Below, piece by piece: positions 12,790 through 24,725 of a DNA stretch of 64,000 bases. The notes below the pieces were generated by a model. It worked only from the letters and a program-made list of their open reading frames with translations. It was not told the DNA's origin and ran no database searches. Position numbers and translations under genes: made by a program. Every line of letters begins with the position of its first letter. Position 1 is the first letter of the stretch. Origin of the DNA: Piromyces finnis finn (Eukaryota; Fungi; Neocallimastigomycota); the NCBI GenBank assembly GCA_002104945.1, contig MCFH01000056.1, forward strand, positions 62,001-126,000. The letters are read 5' to 3'.

Positions 12790-13952
12790 CTACCTAAAAC
12801 TTTCAAAAACAAAAAATTCTAATGGTACAATGGTACATGAACATGATCAGGAATCTAACTATGAGGAGATCGATACCAAGCACTATCCTACCATAACTAA
12901 AATTAATAATAATTTTGACAATAATATTCTTGAGGATAGTTACACAGAAGAAGTTTTTCAAGACGACAATAATCTTAGCAATTATGAAAATGATGTAATT
13001 ATTCAAAATAAAAAATTAGTTAACGAGAATTCCAACAAAGATAATAATGAAAATATCAGCAAAAACAATAATAAAAGACCATTTTCACCAACTGAAGATA
13101 CACATATTAGCAAATATAGAATTACAAATACAACTGAAGAAGAAAATATTTCTGAAAATATTGTAAACAACACTATTTATAATATTGACAATAACGATAA
13201 TAATTCTGAATGTAACACAATATTTTCAATTAATACTGAGGTTCCACTAACTTTCAATGATATAATTAAAAGAGAAGATTGGAAAGAATGGAGACGCGCT
13301 ATTAGAAATGAACTTTTAAATCTATACAATAATAAAGTTATGATATTCACCAAAAATATTCCAGAAAATACAAATGTTATCTCTACAAAATGGGTTTTTA
13401 ACATAAAACGTGATTCGAACAATAAAATTTCAACATATAAAGCTAGACTAGTTGCTAGAGGATACAAACAAAAATACAGAATTGATTATGACAATATCTA
13501 CTCACCAACATTAGACATTGTTTGCATTAGACTCATTCTATCTTTAGCTGCTAAATTCAAATGGATCACATACCAATTAGATATTAAGGTAGAGTATTTA
13601 AATGCTCCACTAGACAAAAATGTTTATGTTTCTATTCCCCAAGGCGATAAAAACTACAAAAAGGGTTTCTGGCTTCTTAAGAAATCGTTATATGGATTAA
13701 AACAATCAGGCCGTAATTAGAATATCACTATCTCTGAATTTCTCTCAAAAATTGGATTTACTCAATGTAAATCTGAATCTTGTTTGTTTTATAAAACTTT
13801 TGATAATTCGTTAACTTGTTTGATAGGCCTATACGTAGATGATATGATTATTTCTGGCACTAATCAGGAACTAATTAGCACTATACTAAAAATTAGAAAT
13901 AAATTTTCTATTTCCAAATGTGAAATTATTAATTTCATTTTAGGCAATAAGG
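12790..13952 (+). pseudogene. Copia IN-RT linker and reverse transcriptase N-part, disrupted
   Basis: Motifs KWVFNIK, YKARLVARG, LKKSLYGLKQSGRN* and LYVDDM. Interrupted at 13953 by EB. Confidence 0.9.
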
Positions 13953-14541
13953 TGTCAGGAGTTTGTAGAATAGGTTGAATTATTTTATTATTAAATAAAG
14001 TTTGATAAAAATTTTAGGAAAGACAATAGTAAAAATTTATTAAAAATTTATTTAAGAGTTTTTTATTAATAATTTGAATTTAAAATTAAATTTGATTTTT
14101 TATTAACATTTAAAAGTGGACTTTTTATAAGTCAAATAATAAAAGGTTTTATATAAAATTGAAAATAATTCTCAATTGAAGCTTAACTAATTATTTTTTC
14201 TTTAACTATTTATACTAAAGCTTCAATTGAGGCTTTACAATTATTTTAATTTTTATTAATAATAATTAAATTAATAATTAAATAAAAATAATTAATAATA
14301 AAAATTATAAAATTAATATTACTTCGAGAAGGTGTTATAGTTCTTTTACTAAACTAAACTATTTATTCTTCTAAATTTTTCTATTTATTTATTACTAATA
14401 ACTAATGTATTAATAATTAAGATTCTTCTACAAAAATTATTTTATTATTTATTATTAATTAAAGTTAATTATAACAAAAATTTCACTTAATGTAATGTAA
14501 CGTATTGATAATGTCCCTTCTCAAAGACGGATTCCAGACGT

Positions 14542-16031
14542 CTAAAGGAATTTTTCTAGTCTTTCAATATGAACTACGTCTGAAGCTTTGGAATTAGGAG
14601 GAAGTTCTAGCTTAAAAGTAACAGGGGATAATTTTTCAATAATTTTGAAAGGTCCAATTCTTCTAGAGGCAAATTTTTTTAATTTCTTCAACGATGGAAC
14701 TTGTTTGACCCAAACGAAATTACCAATTTTAAATAAAGGTCCTTCAGAGCGGTGTTTATCAGCTTTTTCTTTGTATGATGATTTACTTGAATTAATATTA
14801 TTGTAAATAGAATTAAAATGAACTTTCCAGTCAAGAGTTGTGAATTCTGCATGATTTGACGCACAAGTAAAACTAAGATCTGGATCAAAATTAAGCTTAT
14901 GTCCATAAAAGATTTCAAAAGGAGATTTTTTCGTAGTAGTATTAATAGTATTATTGATAGAAAATTCAACAAGAGGGAGATAATAAGACCATAAGTGAGG
15001 TTCATCATGAGCGATACATCTAAGAGTCTGAGTGACTATTTCGTTTAATCTTTCAACTTGACCATTACTTTGATGGTGATGAGCGGTGGAGTATTTACAT
15101 TCAATCTTGAGAAGGTTGAGAAGCTTTTTCCAAAAATGAGAAGTAAATTGACTTCCACGGTCAGAAGTAATAGAATGCGGTAAACCATGAATTCGGAAGA
15201 TATTTTGAAGAAACATATTAGCAACGTCTTCAGCAGAGGGAGTACCAGTTACGAGAATTAAGTGGATCATCTTGCTAAATTGGTCAACAACGTTCATAAT
15301 AGTAGTATAGCCTGACGAATCTGGTAAGTCTGTAATAAAATCATCGTTGATAAAGGTCCATGGTAAAGAAGGAGTTTTTGTAAGTTGGTTCAATCCATAT
15401 GGGGAATGAGTAGCTTCTTTCCTAATGGCGCATATAACACATTTCTTAATAAACAGATCAACATCGTCATGCAACTTAGGCCAATAGTAGTATCTGGTAA
15501 TTAATTCTTCAGTTTTCTTTGTTCCAAAATGACCAGCAACTGGTGTAGCATGGTATTTTTGAATAGTGGAAATTCTCATGTTTATAGGCAGATAAATCCT
15601 ATTATTATAATAAAGAATATCGTTAATAATTTCATAATTTTTATTATACTCACCGTTTAATTTAATTGAATTTATAATTTTTTGAATTTCAAGATCAAAT
15701 TGGTATTGTTTTTTGATTTCATCAAAGAATAATTCATTATCATTAAAAGAAGTAATAAGTCCAATAAATAAGTCAGGTCGTCTTGATAGAATATCGGCTT
15801 TCTTGTTTGAGGCTCCACTACGGTAGACAATTTCATAGTTGAACTTAGAAAGGAATTCAAACCAACGGATTTGTCTATCCGAAAGAACTTCAGGCTTCTT
15901 GGGGAATTTTAAGTTTTTATGGTCACAATAGATTTTGAAAGGCTCCTTGGTTCCTTGTAGATAATTCCTCCATTCTTTGAGAGCAGAGATAATTGCTAGT
16001 AATTCTTTATCGTAAATGTCATATCGCACTT
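14542..16031 (-). CDS. pol: EB pol C-part: RNase H end and integrase
   Basis: Motifs [21 protein letters not shown]...C..C and SDRGSQF. Continues 16826-18655 after removal of the solo LTR. Confidence 0.92.
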
Positions 16032-16825
16032 TGTAAAAGTATAAAATTTAAAACAGATTTTATACTTAAAACAAAACAATTTTTATTAACACAAAAATAA
16101 AAAAATAAAACATTAAATTTTTATTTTTAAAAAAAAACATTTTTATTTAAACTCTTAAAAAATATTATTAACTATACAATAGTTAATAATTAAAAAATTG
16201 AAAATAACAATTACATCGATTTAATAAACAAAAATTACATGTATTTATATTTTTTCATAATTATATTCTAATATATTATTCTATTTAAATAAACATATAT
16301 TTAATATAAAATAAACAAAACTAATTTAATTAAATAATAAAATAAAAGAACTAAACTAAACTAATTCATTATACTTTTAATTCAATTTGAGTAAACTCAA
16401 AATTGAATAAAGCCCATGTATTTTCTATAAATTAATTTAATATTATCAATACTATTCTTAATATATTTCCTATTGAAACATAAACAAATCTATTTTTAAA
16501 ACTAAGTTAAAATTATTAAACTATTCTAAATTTAAATAAAAAAGTATAATCTATTCTAAAATTAAATAAAAAGTATTTAAAAAAATATTTTAATTATTTA
16601 AAATATTTGAAATATTTAAATTTAGTTAAAATTCTTTTATTCCTTAAATTTAAATATTTATCTTAATTTAATTTTAACGGAATTATTATAAAACAATTTA
16701 TTATTAAATTATTCCATAAAATTTATTCAAAAATTTTATAATCAATTTTACTAAATATTAATTTATTATTTAATAATTAATAATTAATTATTAAATAATC
16801 TAAAGATATATATTATATCTTTACA
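16032..16825. repeat. Solo LTR (794 bp) inserted in EB RNase H
   Basis: Termini TGTAAAAG...TCTTTACA. TSD CACTT at 16027-16031 and 16826-16830. Removing it restores KNAEVRYDIYDKE. Confidence 0.9.
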
Positions 16826-18655
16826 CACTTCTGCATTTTTTAATCCTTTTGACATATATGCACACGGATACAATTTATTATTTTTATCATATTGAGACAA
16901 AACGGCTCCCACGGCATAATTACTAGCATCTGTTTCGACAATAAAAGGCTGAGTAGGATCTGGAATCATTAGGATGGGGTCCGTGGTAAAGGCTTCTTTA
17001 AGTGTAGAAAAGGAAGCTTCTTGTTCGTCTTCCCAGATAAATTCTTGCCCTTTTCTTGTTAATTTGGTTAAAGGCTGGGCAATTTTTGAAAAATTGAGAA
17101 CAAATCGGCGGTAGAAATTTGCTAATCCTAAAAATTGTTGCACTTCTTTTATATTAGTTGGTCGAAGCCAATTCTGAATAGTAGCTACTTTATCTTGACA
17201 CATAGAAATTCCTTTGTCAGAGATTTGATATCCAAGAAATTCTACAGAAGATTTGAAAAATTCACATTTCTTTAATTTACAATAAAGTCCATTATTAAGT
17301 AATATTCTTAAGACTTCCTTAACATGGCTAATGTGTTCTTCACGCGTTTTTGAAAAAATTAGTATGTCATCAATATAGGAAAAGGCGAATTTATCCAATA
17401 CAGGGGTTAGGATATCATTAAGAAAATATTGAAATGTGGCTGGAGCATTGGTAAGACCAAAAGGCATTACTTCATATTCAAAATGTCCGAATCTTGTGCG
17501 AAAGGCAGTTTTTGCTTGATCTCCATCCTTGATGCGTACTAAATTATAAGCACCTGGTAGATCTAATTTAGTAAAGTAGGAACATCCTTGAACGCGATTG
17601 AGTAAGTCCTTGATTAATGGCAACGGGTACGAGTTTCTAATTGTGGCTTGATTAAGTTTTCTATAGTCAATACAAAGGCGGAGAGTACCATCTTTCTTTG
17701 GTACAAATAATACTGGAGCACCATAAGGAGATTTGGAAGGCTTAATAAATCCTTTTCTCAAGTTTTCTTCAATATATTCCTTTAAAGTTTCTTGTTCCTG
17801 AAGAGTTAATGAATACAAAGGTCCATAGAATGGCACTGAATTTGGTTTTAAGTCAATGGCGCAGTCATACACTCTGTGTGGCAGTAATTCTTCTGGTAGT
17901 TTTTCATCAAAAATTTCTTTGATTTCCATTAATTCATTTGGGATTCTTGGTTCCTGTTGATTGCTATCTTCTTCATTAAAAAGTAAATCTTGTTCTGTGA
18001 AGTCTCTAATTACATTGACTTCAATACATTGTTCTTCAACTGATCTAGAAATTGATGCCGGAAATTCTAAGGTAAATTCATTATCGAAATTGAAGGTAGC
18101 TTTATTATCCTTAAGCCAATTGTACCCAATAATACCTGAATAGTTATTTAGATTAATAATAAGGAATGTGATGGAACTATAATAGTTTTGATACTGGATA
18201 GGCATTTCTGAAGTTTTTCCGAATACGGTAGATTTTCCATTAATACCATTGACATAGTTGATTTCTGGGTCTGGAGTATATTTGATTTCATGTTGTTCAG
18301 CATAATTCTTATCGAGGAAACAGGCAAAAGCACCAGTGTCGATTAAAAATGAGGTAGATACAGTTTTACTATTTGAGATTAACTCAAATGTGGCTACTGG
18401 ACATGTTTTTTCTTCTTGGACTTCAGCACTAATAGTAGAAATATTGGTAGAATGGTCTTGTCGATGTCTAATATCACTTTGTCGTTTAAAACAATTATAT
18501 TCACTATGGCCAACTCTTTTACAATAACTACAACGCTCAAAATTAGAGTTTCGATTACGGTTAACAGCTGGAGTTTCACTTGAATGATTTGGACTAGACC
18601 TGATTGGAGGGGTTTTGTAATTTCTCTGATTGTTCTTTCTTTGCCGGCGATTCAT
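16826..18655 (-). CDS. pol: EB NC knuckle (CSYCKRVGHSEYNC), protease (FLIDTGA), RT (YIDD) and RNase H start
   Basis: ORF 16784-18655; the last 14 codons run into the inserted solo LTR. Confidence 0.92.
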
Positions 18656-18658
18656 TTG

Positions 18659-19288
18659 TTAGAGTAGATGACGATCAAGTCGGACCGCAAGTTGAGCAAG
18701 GTCATCTAAGGTTTCTGGAGGAGGGAAAATATTATCAATTCTTTCTTGTAGACGGCTATTCAATCCTTGATAAAAGTTGTCAGTTAAAAGAGCTTCATCA
18801 GTATCTATAAATACGGCGAGGCGACGGAATTCATTAACGTAGTCTAACACATTACCAATTCCATGTTGGCGTAAACGTCTGAACTGACGTTGATAGTGGT
18901 ATTCTAAATCGGGATCACCAAAGGTGTTTCGGATTCTCTTGATGAATCCTTCAGTATCTTGCTTAAGTAACAGATATCTTTCCAAAAGTTTACTAGCCCA
19001 TTGATAGGCTTGTCCTCCCATATTGTTTAAAAGGTAGCTTACTTGTTTATCTGGTGTAGGAAAGCGATGAGAATAGTTTGCAAAGTTTGTCTTACAATGA
19101 GCAATGTAAGATTCTACCATAACTCTATCTCCAAAAAATCTTGGTGGACGTCTCATATTATCATCAACGTCCATCGGTTCAGCTTCTTCTTCCACAGATC
19201 TTGAGTCATCAAGTAGAGGTTCTTGTTCTTCCATATCAGCGGCTGCGTAAGCTACATAGACTTCATTATTATTATTATTGCGGCTCAT
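18659..19288 (-). CDS. gag: EB gag capsid region
   Basis: Retrotransposon-gag-like motifs PPRFFGD, LLNNMGGQAYQW and FYQGL. In frame with the downstream ORF, separated by one TAA. Confidence 0.85.
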   Translation of the reverse strand: MSRNNNNNEVYVAYAAADMEEQEPLLDDSRSVEEEAEPMDVDDNMRRPPRFFGDRVMVESYIAHCKTNFANYSHRFPTPDKQVSYLLNNMGGQAYQWASKLLERYLLLKQDTEGFIKRIRNTFGDPDLEYHYQRQFRRLRQHGIGNVLDYVNEFRRLAVFIDTDEALLTDNFYQGLNSRLQERIDNIFPPPETLDDLAQLAVRLDRHLL

Positions 19289-20092
19289 TTTAATCTTACT
19301 GAGAATAGTTAAGTGTACGGTAGTTATAATAATCCAAGGTATTCTGTTAAAGTAGAATTGAGAATTATTATCAGGAGTTTGTAGAATAGGTTGAATTATT
19401 TTATTATTAAATAAAGTTTGATAAAAATTTTAGGAAAGACAATAGTAAAAATTGAGAATTATTTTCAATTTTATATAAAACCTTTTATTATTTGACTTAT
19501 AAAAAAGTCCACTTTTAAATGTTAATAAAAAAATCAAATTTAATTTTAAGTTCAAATTATAATTAAAAAACTCTTAAATAAATTTTTAATAAATTTTTAC
19601 TATTGTCTTTCCTAAAATTTTTATCAAAGAGTTTTTTAATTATAATTTGAATTTAAAATTAAATTTGATTTTTTATTAACATTTAAAAGTGGACTTTTTT
19701 ATAAGTCAAATAATAAAATGTTTTATATAAAATTGAAAATAATTCTCAATTGAAGCTTAACTAATTATTTTTTCTTTAACTATTTATACTAAAGCTTCAA
19801 TTGAGGCTTTACAATTATTTTAATTTTTTATTAACAATAATTACTAATAATTACTAATTAAATAAAAATAATTAATAATAAAAATTATAAAATTAATATT
19901 ACTTCGAGGTGTTATAATTCTTTTACTAAACTAAACTATTTATTCTTCTAAATTTTTCTATTTATTTATTACTAATAACTAATTTATTAATAATTAAGAT
20001 TCTTCTACAAAAATTATTTTATTATTTATTATTAATTAAAGTTAATTATAACAAAAATTTCACTTAACGTAATGTAACGTATTGATATAAGG

Positions 20093-20905
20093 TTGTACAA
20101 GAAAATTTCAGTTACACAATTTCCCAAAAAATCATATATTGAAAATATTTTTTCAAAATACAATTTTAACAATATTAAAAAATCTAAAACTCCTTGTACT
20201 GGCGAAAATTATGTTTCTAAGAACAATTCTTTATTCGATAAAACTGTCTACAAATCGGTTATTGGTTCTTTAATTCACTTAGCTAAATGCACCCGCCCTG
20301 ACATTACTTATGCAGTTAATAATGCCGCCAGATATTGTGAAAATCCTACTGTTAGTGACTAGCATAAAATTATTAATATATTTAAATATCTCAATTTTTC
20401 TATGGACTACTCTATCACTTATGATGGATCTGGTGAATTTATTGCTTATTCTGATGTTGATTTGGGGGGAGACAAGAATGACAGAAAATCTACATCAGGC
20501 AATCTAATTTGTACAGGAAATAAACCAATCTTTTGGTTATCAAAGAAACAAAAAGTAGTTGCTCTTTCAACAGCTGAAGCGGAACTTATAAGTACTTCAG
20601 AACTAACAAGAAAAATTCTATGGCTAAAAAACATTTTTAAGGAAATTTTAAACAAAAATTTATCAATAAAAATATACACAGACAACCTATCAAGTAAAAG
20701 GACAATTGAAAATGGTCAGTTTAACAACAACATGAAACATATAGACCTTAGAGAACATTTTATTTTTGATGCAATTAAAAATAATAAAATAATTCTAGAA
20801 TATATTAAATCCGAAGATATGCTTGCTGACACATTAACTAAAAATACTAACGGTCCAAAAATGACTAAATTCACAAACTTAATTTTTAGTAAACAAAATA
20901 AATAA
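20093..20905 (+). pseudogene. Copia RT C-part and RNase H
   Basis: Motifs TRPDITYAVN, YSDVDLGGD, VALSTAEAE, KHIDLREHF and DMLADTLTK. Frameshifted. Followed by the PPT. Confidence 0.92.
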
Positions 20906-21576
20906 TTAAGTTTGAGGGGGAGTGAAAGAATATAATTCAGCTAGAACTTAAATTACTAATAAAAATTTATATTACTAATATTAAACTTTAATTAATAATA
21001 AAATTAGTAATATAAATTAGTAATTACATTATAATTTTATTATTAATTAAAGTTTAATATTGGCCGTTTTAGCCAGACTTTTTAGCCAGAAGAAATTTGA
21101 CCTCAGGCAGAAGTTTAGCCAGGAAAATTTAGTAATCTGGCAAAAATCTAGGCTTTATGGATCAAGAAATCTAGGTCATACTAAATTCCTGGTTATGTAT
21201 TTTTTCCCGAGCAAGATTAGAGCAGAAAGAATTTGAGGAAGCGTAAGCTTTCCTAATTCGTTAGGGCATATGTAATGCCCGTGGCATGTCGCCGCTCGGG
21301 TTATATCTATGGGAGGCCTTGTTCTTGGTAGGCAAAGTTGGTACCAGTCTCTAATAGTGGGGGACAAGAGTGCATCATAAGGGAGAAATACCAGGCAAGA
21401 TCAAGTGCATTATAAAGGGTAAAGGAGAAATACCTGGTATGGTTAAAGGGATAGATGCACTATAGTAACACACAAAAAGTGCATCATAAAAATAAAAACA
21501 AAAAGCATGTGCCACAATTAAAAAAGATAGATTCACTGTAATGGGAGACAAAATATTATGGGAGACATTTAGGTTA

Positions 21577-21999
21577 CACATAATTTTTCTTGGTGTTGTA
21601 TACTTATAAAATGATCTTATTAAACATGTGGATTTTTTAGATGTAAAAAATCCTTACATGTTACATCACATAATTTTTCTTGGTGTTGTATAGTTATAAA
21701 ATGATCTTATTAAACATGTGGATTTTTTAGATGTAAAAAATCCTTACATGTTACATCACATAATTTTTCTTGGTGTTGTATAGTTATAAAATGATCTTAT
21801 TAAACATGTGGATTTTTTAGATGTAAAAAATCCTTACATGTTACATCACATAATTTTTCTTGGTGTTGTATAGTTATAAAATGATCTTATTAAGCATGTG
21901 GATTTTTTAGATGTAAAAAATCCTTACATGTTACATCACATAATTTTTCTTGGTGTTGTATAGTTATAAAATGATCTTATTAAACATGTGGATTTTTTA
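21577..21999. repeat. 90-bp tandem array with internal palindrome (5 units; the 5th is split by E2 and E3)
   Basis: Units start at 21577, 21667, 21757, 21847 and 21937. The remainder of unit 5 is at 28669-28677 and 34952-34980. Confidence 0.95.
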
Positions 22000-22807
22000 T
22001 GTAAAATATTCTATTCTAAGTTCAGGTTTGTATACACTAAATCAAACTAACACTAGTTATAAATTTATTTATTATTAAACTTTATTTATTTATTAAATTA
22101 TATTAAACTAAACTAAACTAAAACAACCGTTGATTACTTTACCGTGAAGGATATTTTACCAGAGCCCTCACTAGGTAATCAATTTATATTTATTTAAAAC
22201 TAAAATTATTAATCTAAACTATAAACTAATTATAAACTAATGTTAATTTATCTAAACAACATTAACCTATACGATTTTCCAACTATCGTTTCAATAGTTG
22301 AAAAATTTTCTTTATTTATACTTTTTAAATAAATTGAATAAATTCTAATATACATGTTTTAATATTATAATTTTACATTGTTTACATTTATACATTTATT
22401 AAAAGAAATTATTTGTATTAAACTATTTAAATTCAATTTATTTACTACAGAATTTTCTAAACTTAAAATAAAGTTTTGATTTATTTACTATATGGTTGAT
22501 TATATTTCAAACATATATTCAATTTATTTATTTCTAATTTTGAGGCTTAGTTTATAAAAAAAATTTTTTATTATCTAAAATATTTATTGGTTAAAATTTA
22601 TTTAATTTAAAATTTTATTTTATCATCAAAAACTTTATCTTATCATAAAATTATATTTTACATAAATTTATGTTAATGTATTGTGATATAAATTTTTGTA
22701 ATTAAAAAATAAAATTTACGGTACATTAATTTAATACATTATACATTATTTTAAATACGTATTAAATACATTATTCTATTAATACAATATTTTACATGCC
22801 CCTCTTC

Positions 22808-24681
22808 TTAAGTCGAGCCCCTGAGCGACTTATGTTTAAGGTATTCCTGGATCAATTGAGGGTCATCGATTTCATCTTCTTTAAGCCATGTACTTTCTGA
22901 AGGTAATAAGTTTTTCCAAACCATAAAGTAGTACTTGGTTCCATTAACAACTTTTTCACTAACAATCTTCAATGGAATTCTTCCTTCAGTAGAATCAGTA
23001 GCAATGTTTGGAATTCTAGAAGTTGATTCATTCACTTCAACTTCTCTTTCAACAAAAGGTTCTAAGTTCGAAATGTGAAAAACGGGATGACATCTTAGAC
23101 TTTCTGGTAGTTCCAATTTATAAGAAACAGGTCCTGTTTTTTCAATGATCTTAAATGGTCCAAGTTTCTTATTTGTTAATTTTGGAGGTCCTTTAGGAAG
23201 TAAGTCAGGACGCTTTAACCAAACTAAGTCACCAACCTTTAACTTAGGTCCAATAAGTCTAATACAATCGGCATACTTCTTATATCTTTCCTTGGCTTTT
23301 TCTAAGTTCTTCTTTAAAAATTTAATATTATCTTGCATCTGAGAGGCGTGCCTGTTAGCTCTTCTATTGTCGCTATCAGCAGGAATTTCGGTACTAAATC
23401 TTGGATTTTGCCCATAATTTGCAAAGAATGGTGTTTGATTTATGGATTGCTGAAGTGTATTATTATACGCAAATTCAGCATATGGCAAAAGGTTCATCCA
23501 GTTATCTTTTCTTTTGTTAATATAACATCTAAGAAATTGTTCTAAAATACTATTTACACGTTCAGTCTGCCCGTCTGTTTGAGGATGATGAGCACTCGAG
23601 ATATTGTGCTTTATGTTCAACAAAGTGCATAATCTTTGCCAAAATTCTGAAGTAAACTGGGTTCCTCGATCCGATATTATTTCATCAGGTAGACCATGTA
23701 AACGAAAAACTTCTCTAAAGAAAACATCAGCAGCAATTTGAGCAGTAGGAATCATTCTAAACGGAATAAAGTGAGCCATCTTCGTTAATCTATCCACAAC
23801 AACCATTATAACTGTTTTTTCCTTTGACTTTGGCAAATCAGTTATAAAATCCATTGAAACAGAAGACCACGGTCTTTCAGGAGTAGGTAACGGCTGTAAA
23901 AGTCCATAAGGTCTATGACGCTCAACCTTAGCAGCTCCACAAACTTTACAAGAAGCAATAAACTTAACTATATCTTGAGTCATGTTTATCCAAACAAAGT
24001 TTCTTGTAATTAATTCTTTTGTTTTGATAATACCAAAATGACCATGAATTGGATTATCATGATGCATCGAGATTATTGTATTTCTCATTTTCTTTGGTAC
24101 ATAAATTAAACTTTTATACAAAAGAATTCCTTCTTCACTTAACTTAAAATTTTTCATTAATTTCTTATACTTCTTATTTGCGGTAGATTTTCCTTGTAGT
24201 ATTTTTATTAACTCTTTAATTTCTTCATCTTCTTTAATTTCTTTAATTAAATCTTCTTTAAGATTTCCTCGAATAGACACAAGACATAAAGTATCTTCAA
24301 TTTCTTTGACTGTCAAACAGGAATAAGCTTCTTCATCTTCTTTATTAATTTTTTCTTTTTCATAATCAGGGCGTCTTGAAAAAGCATCAGGTTTTCCACC
24401 TTCTTTACCCGGTCTATATTGTATTTTGAAGTCATAACGTGTTAAGAACAAATTCCATCGAATTTGTCTTTGCGATAATAATTCGGGCTTCCTTGGAAAA
24501 GTAAGATTTTTATGATCTGTGTAGATCATAAATTGATGCTTAGCTCCTTCTAAGTAATGTCTCCATTGTTTCAAAGCTTCAATAACAGCCAAAAGTTCTT
24601 TATCATAAATTGGGTAGTTCTTTTCCGATTTAGTCAATCCTCTTGAATAATAACAAATTGGATGAAGCTCGTTATTATCCG

Positions 24682-24725
<44 letters not shown>

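Larger units (their letters stand above)
13953..20087 (-). mobile_element. Ty3/gypsy LTR retrotransposon EB (no chromodomain), inserted in copia RT
   Basis: LTRs 13953-14510 and 19369-20087. TSD TAAGG at 13948-13952 and 20088-20092. PPT GAGAAGGGACAT. Removing it restores copia ILGNKVVQENF. Confidence 0.94.

Noticed and set aside
9726-13720. RIP-like CpA-to-TpA mutation suggested by three TGG-to-TAG stops and probable CAA-to-TAA stops in the copia
   Set aside because: These are the default transition routes to stop codons. Differences between LTR pairs show mixed contexts, and SINE copies show CpG decay. It would need a genome-wide RIP index.
21176-21367. Identical 63-aa ORF here and at 35242-35433 as a gene
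   Set aside because: The duplication is explained by the inverted repeat. It starts at a non-ATG codon and has no recognisable domain.
21577-21999. 90-bp array as a CRISPR array
   Set aside because: Units are head-to-tail and essentially identical with no unique spacers, there are no cas genes, and the context is eukaryotic.
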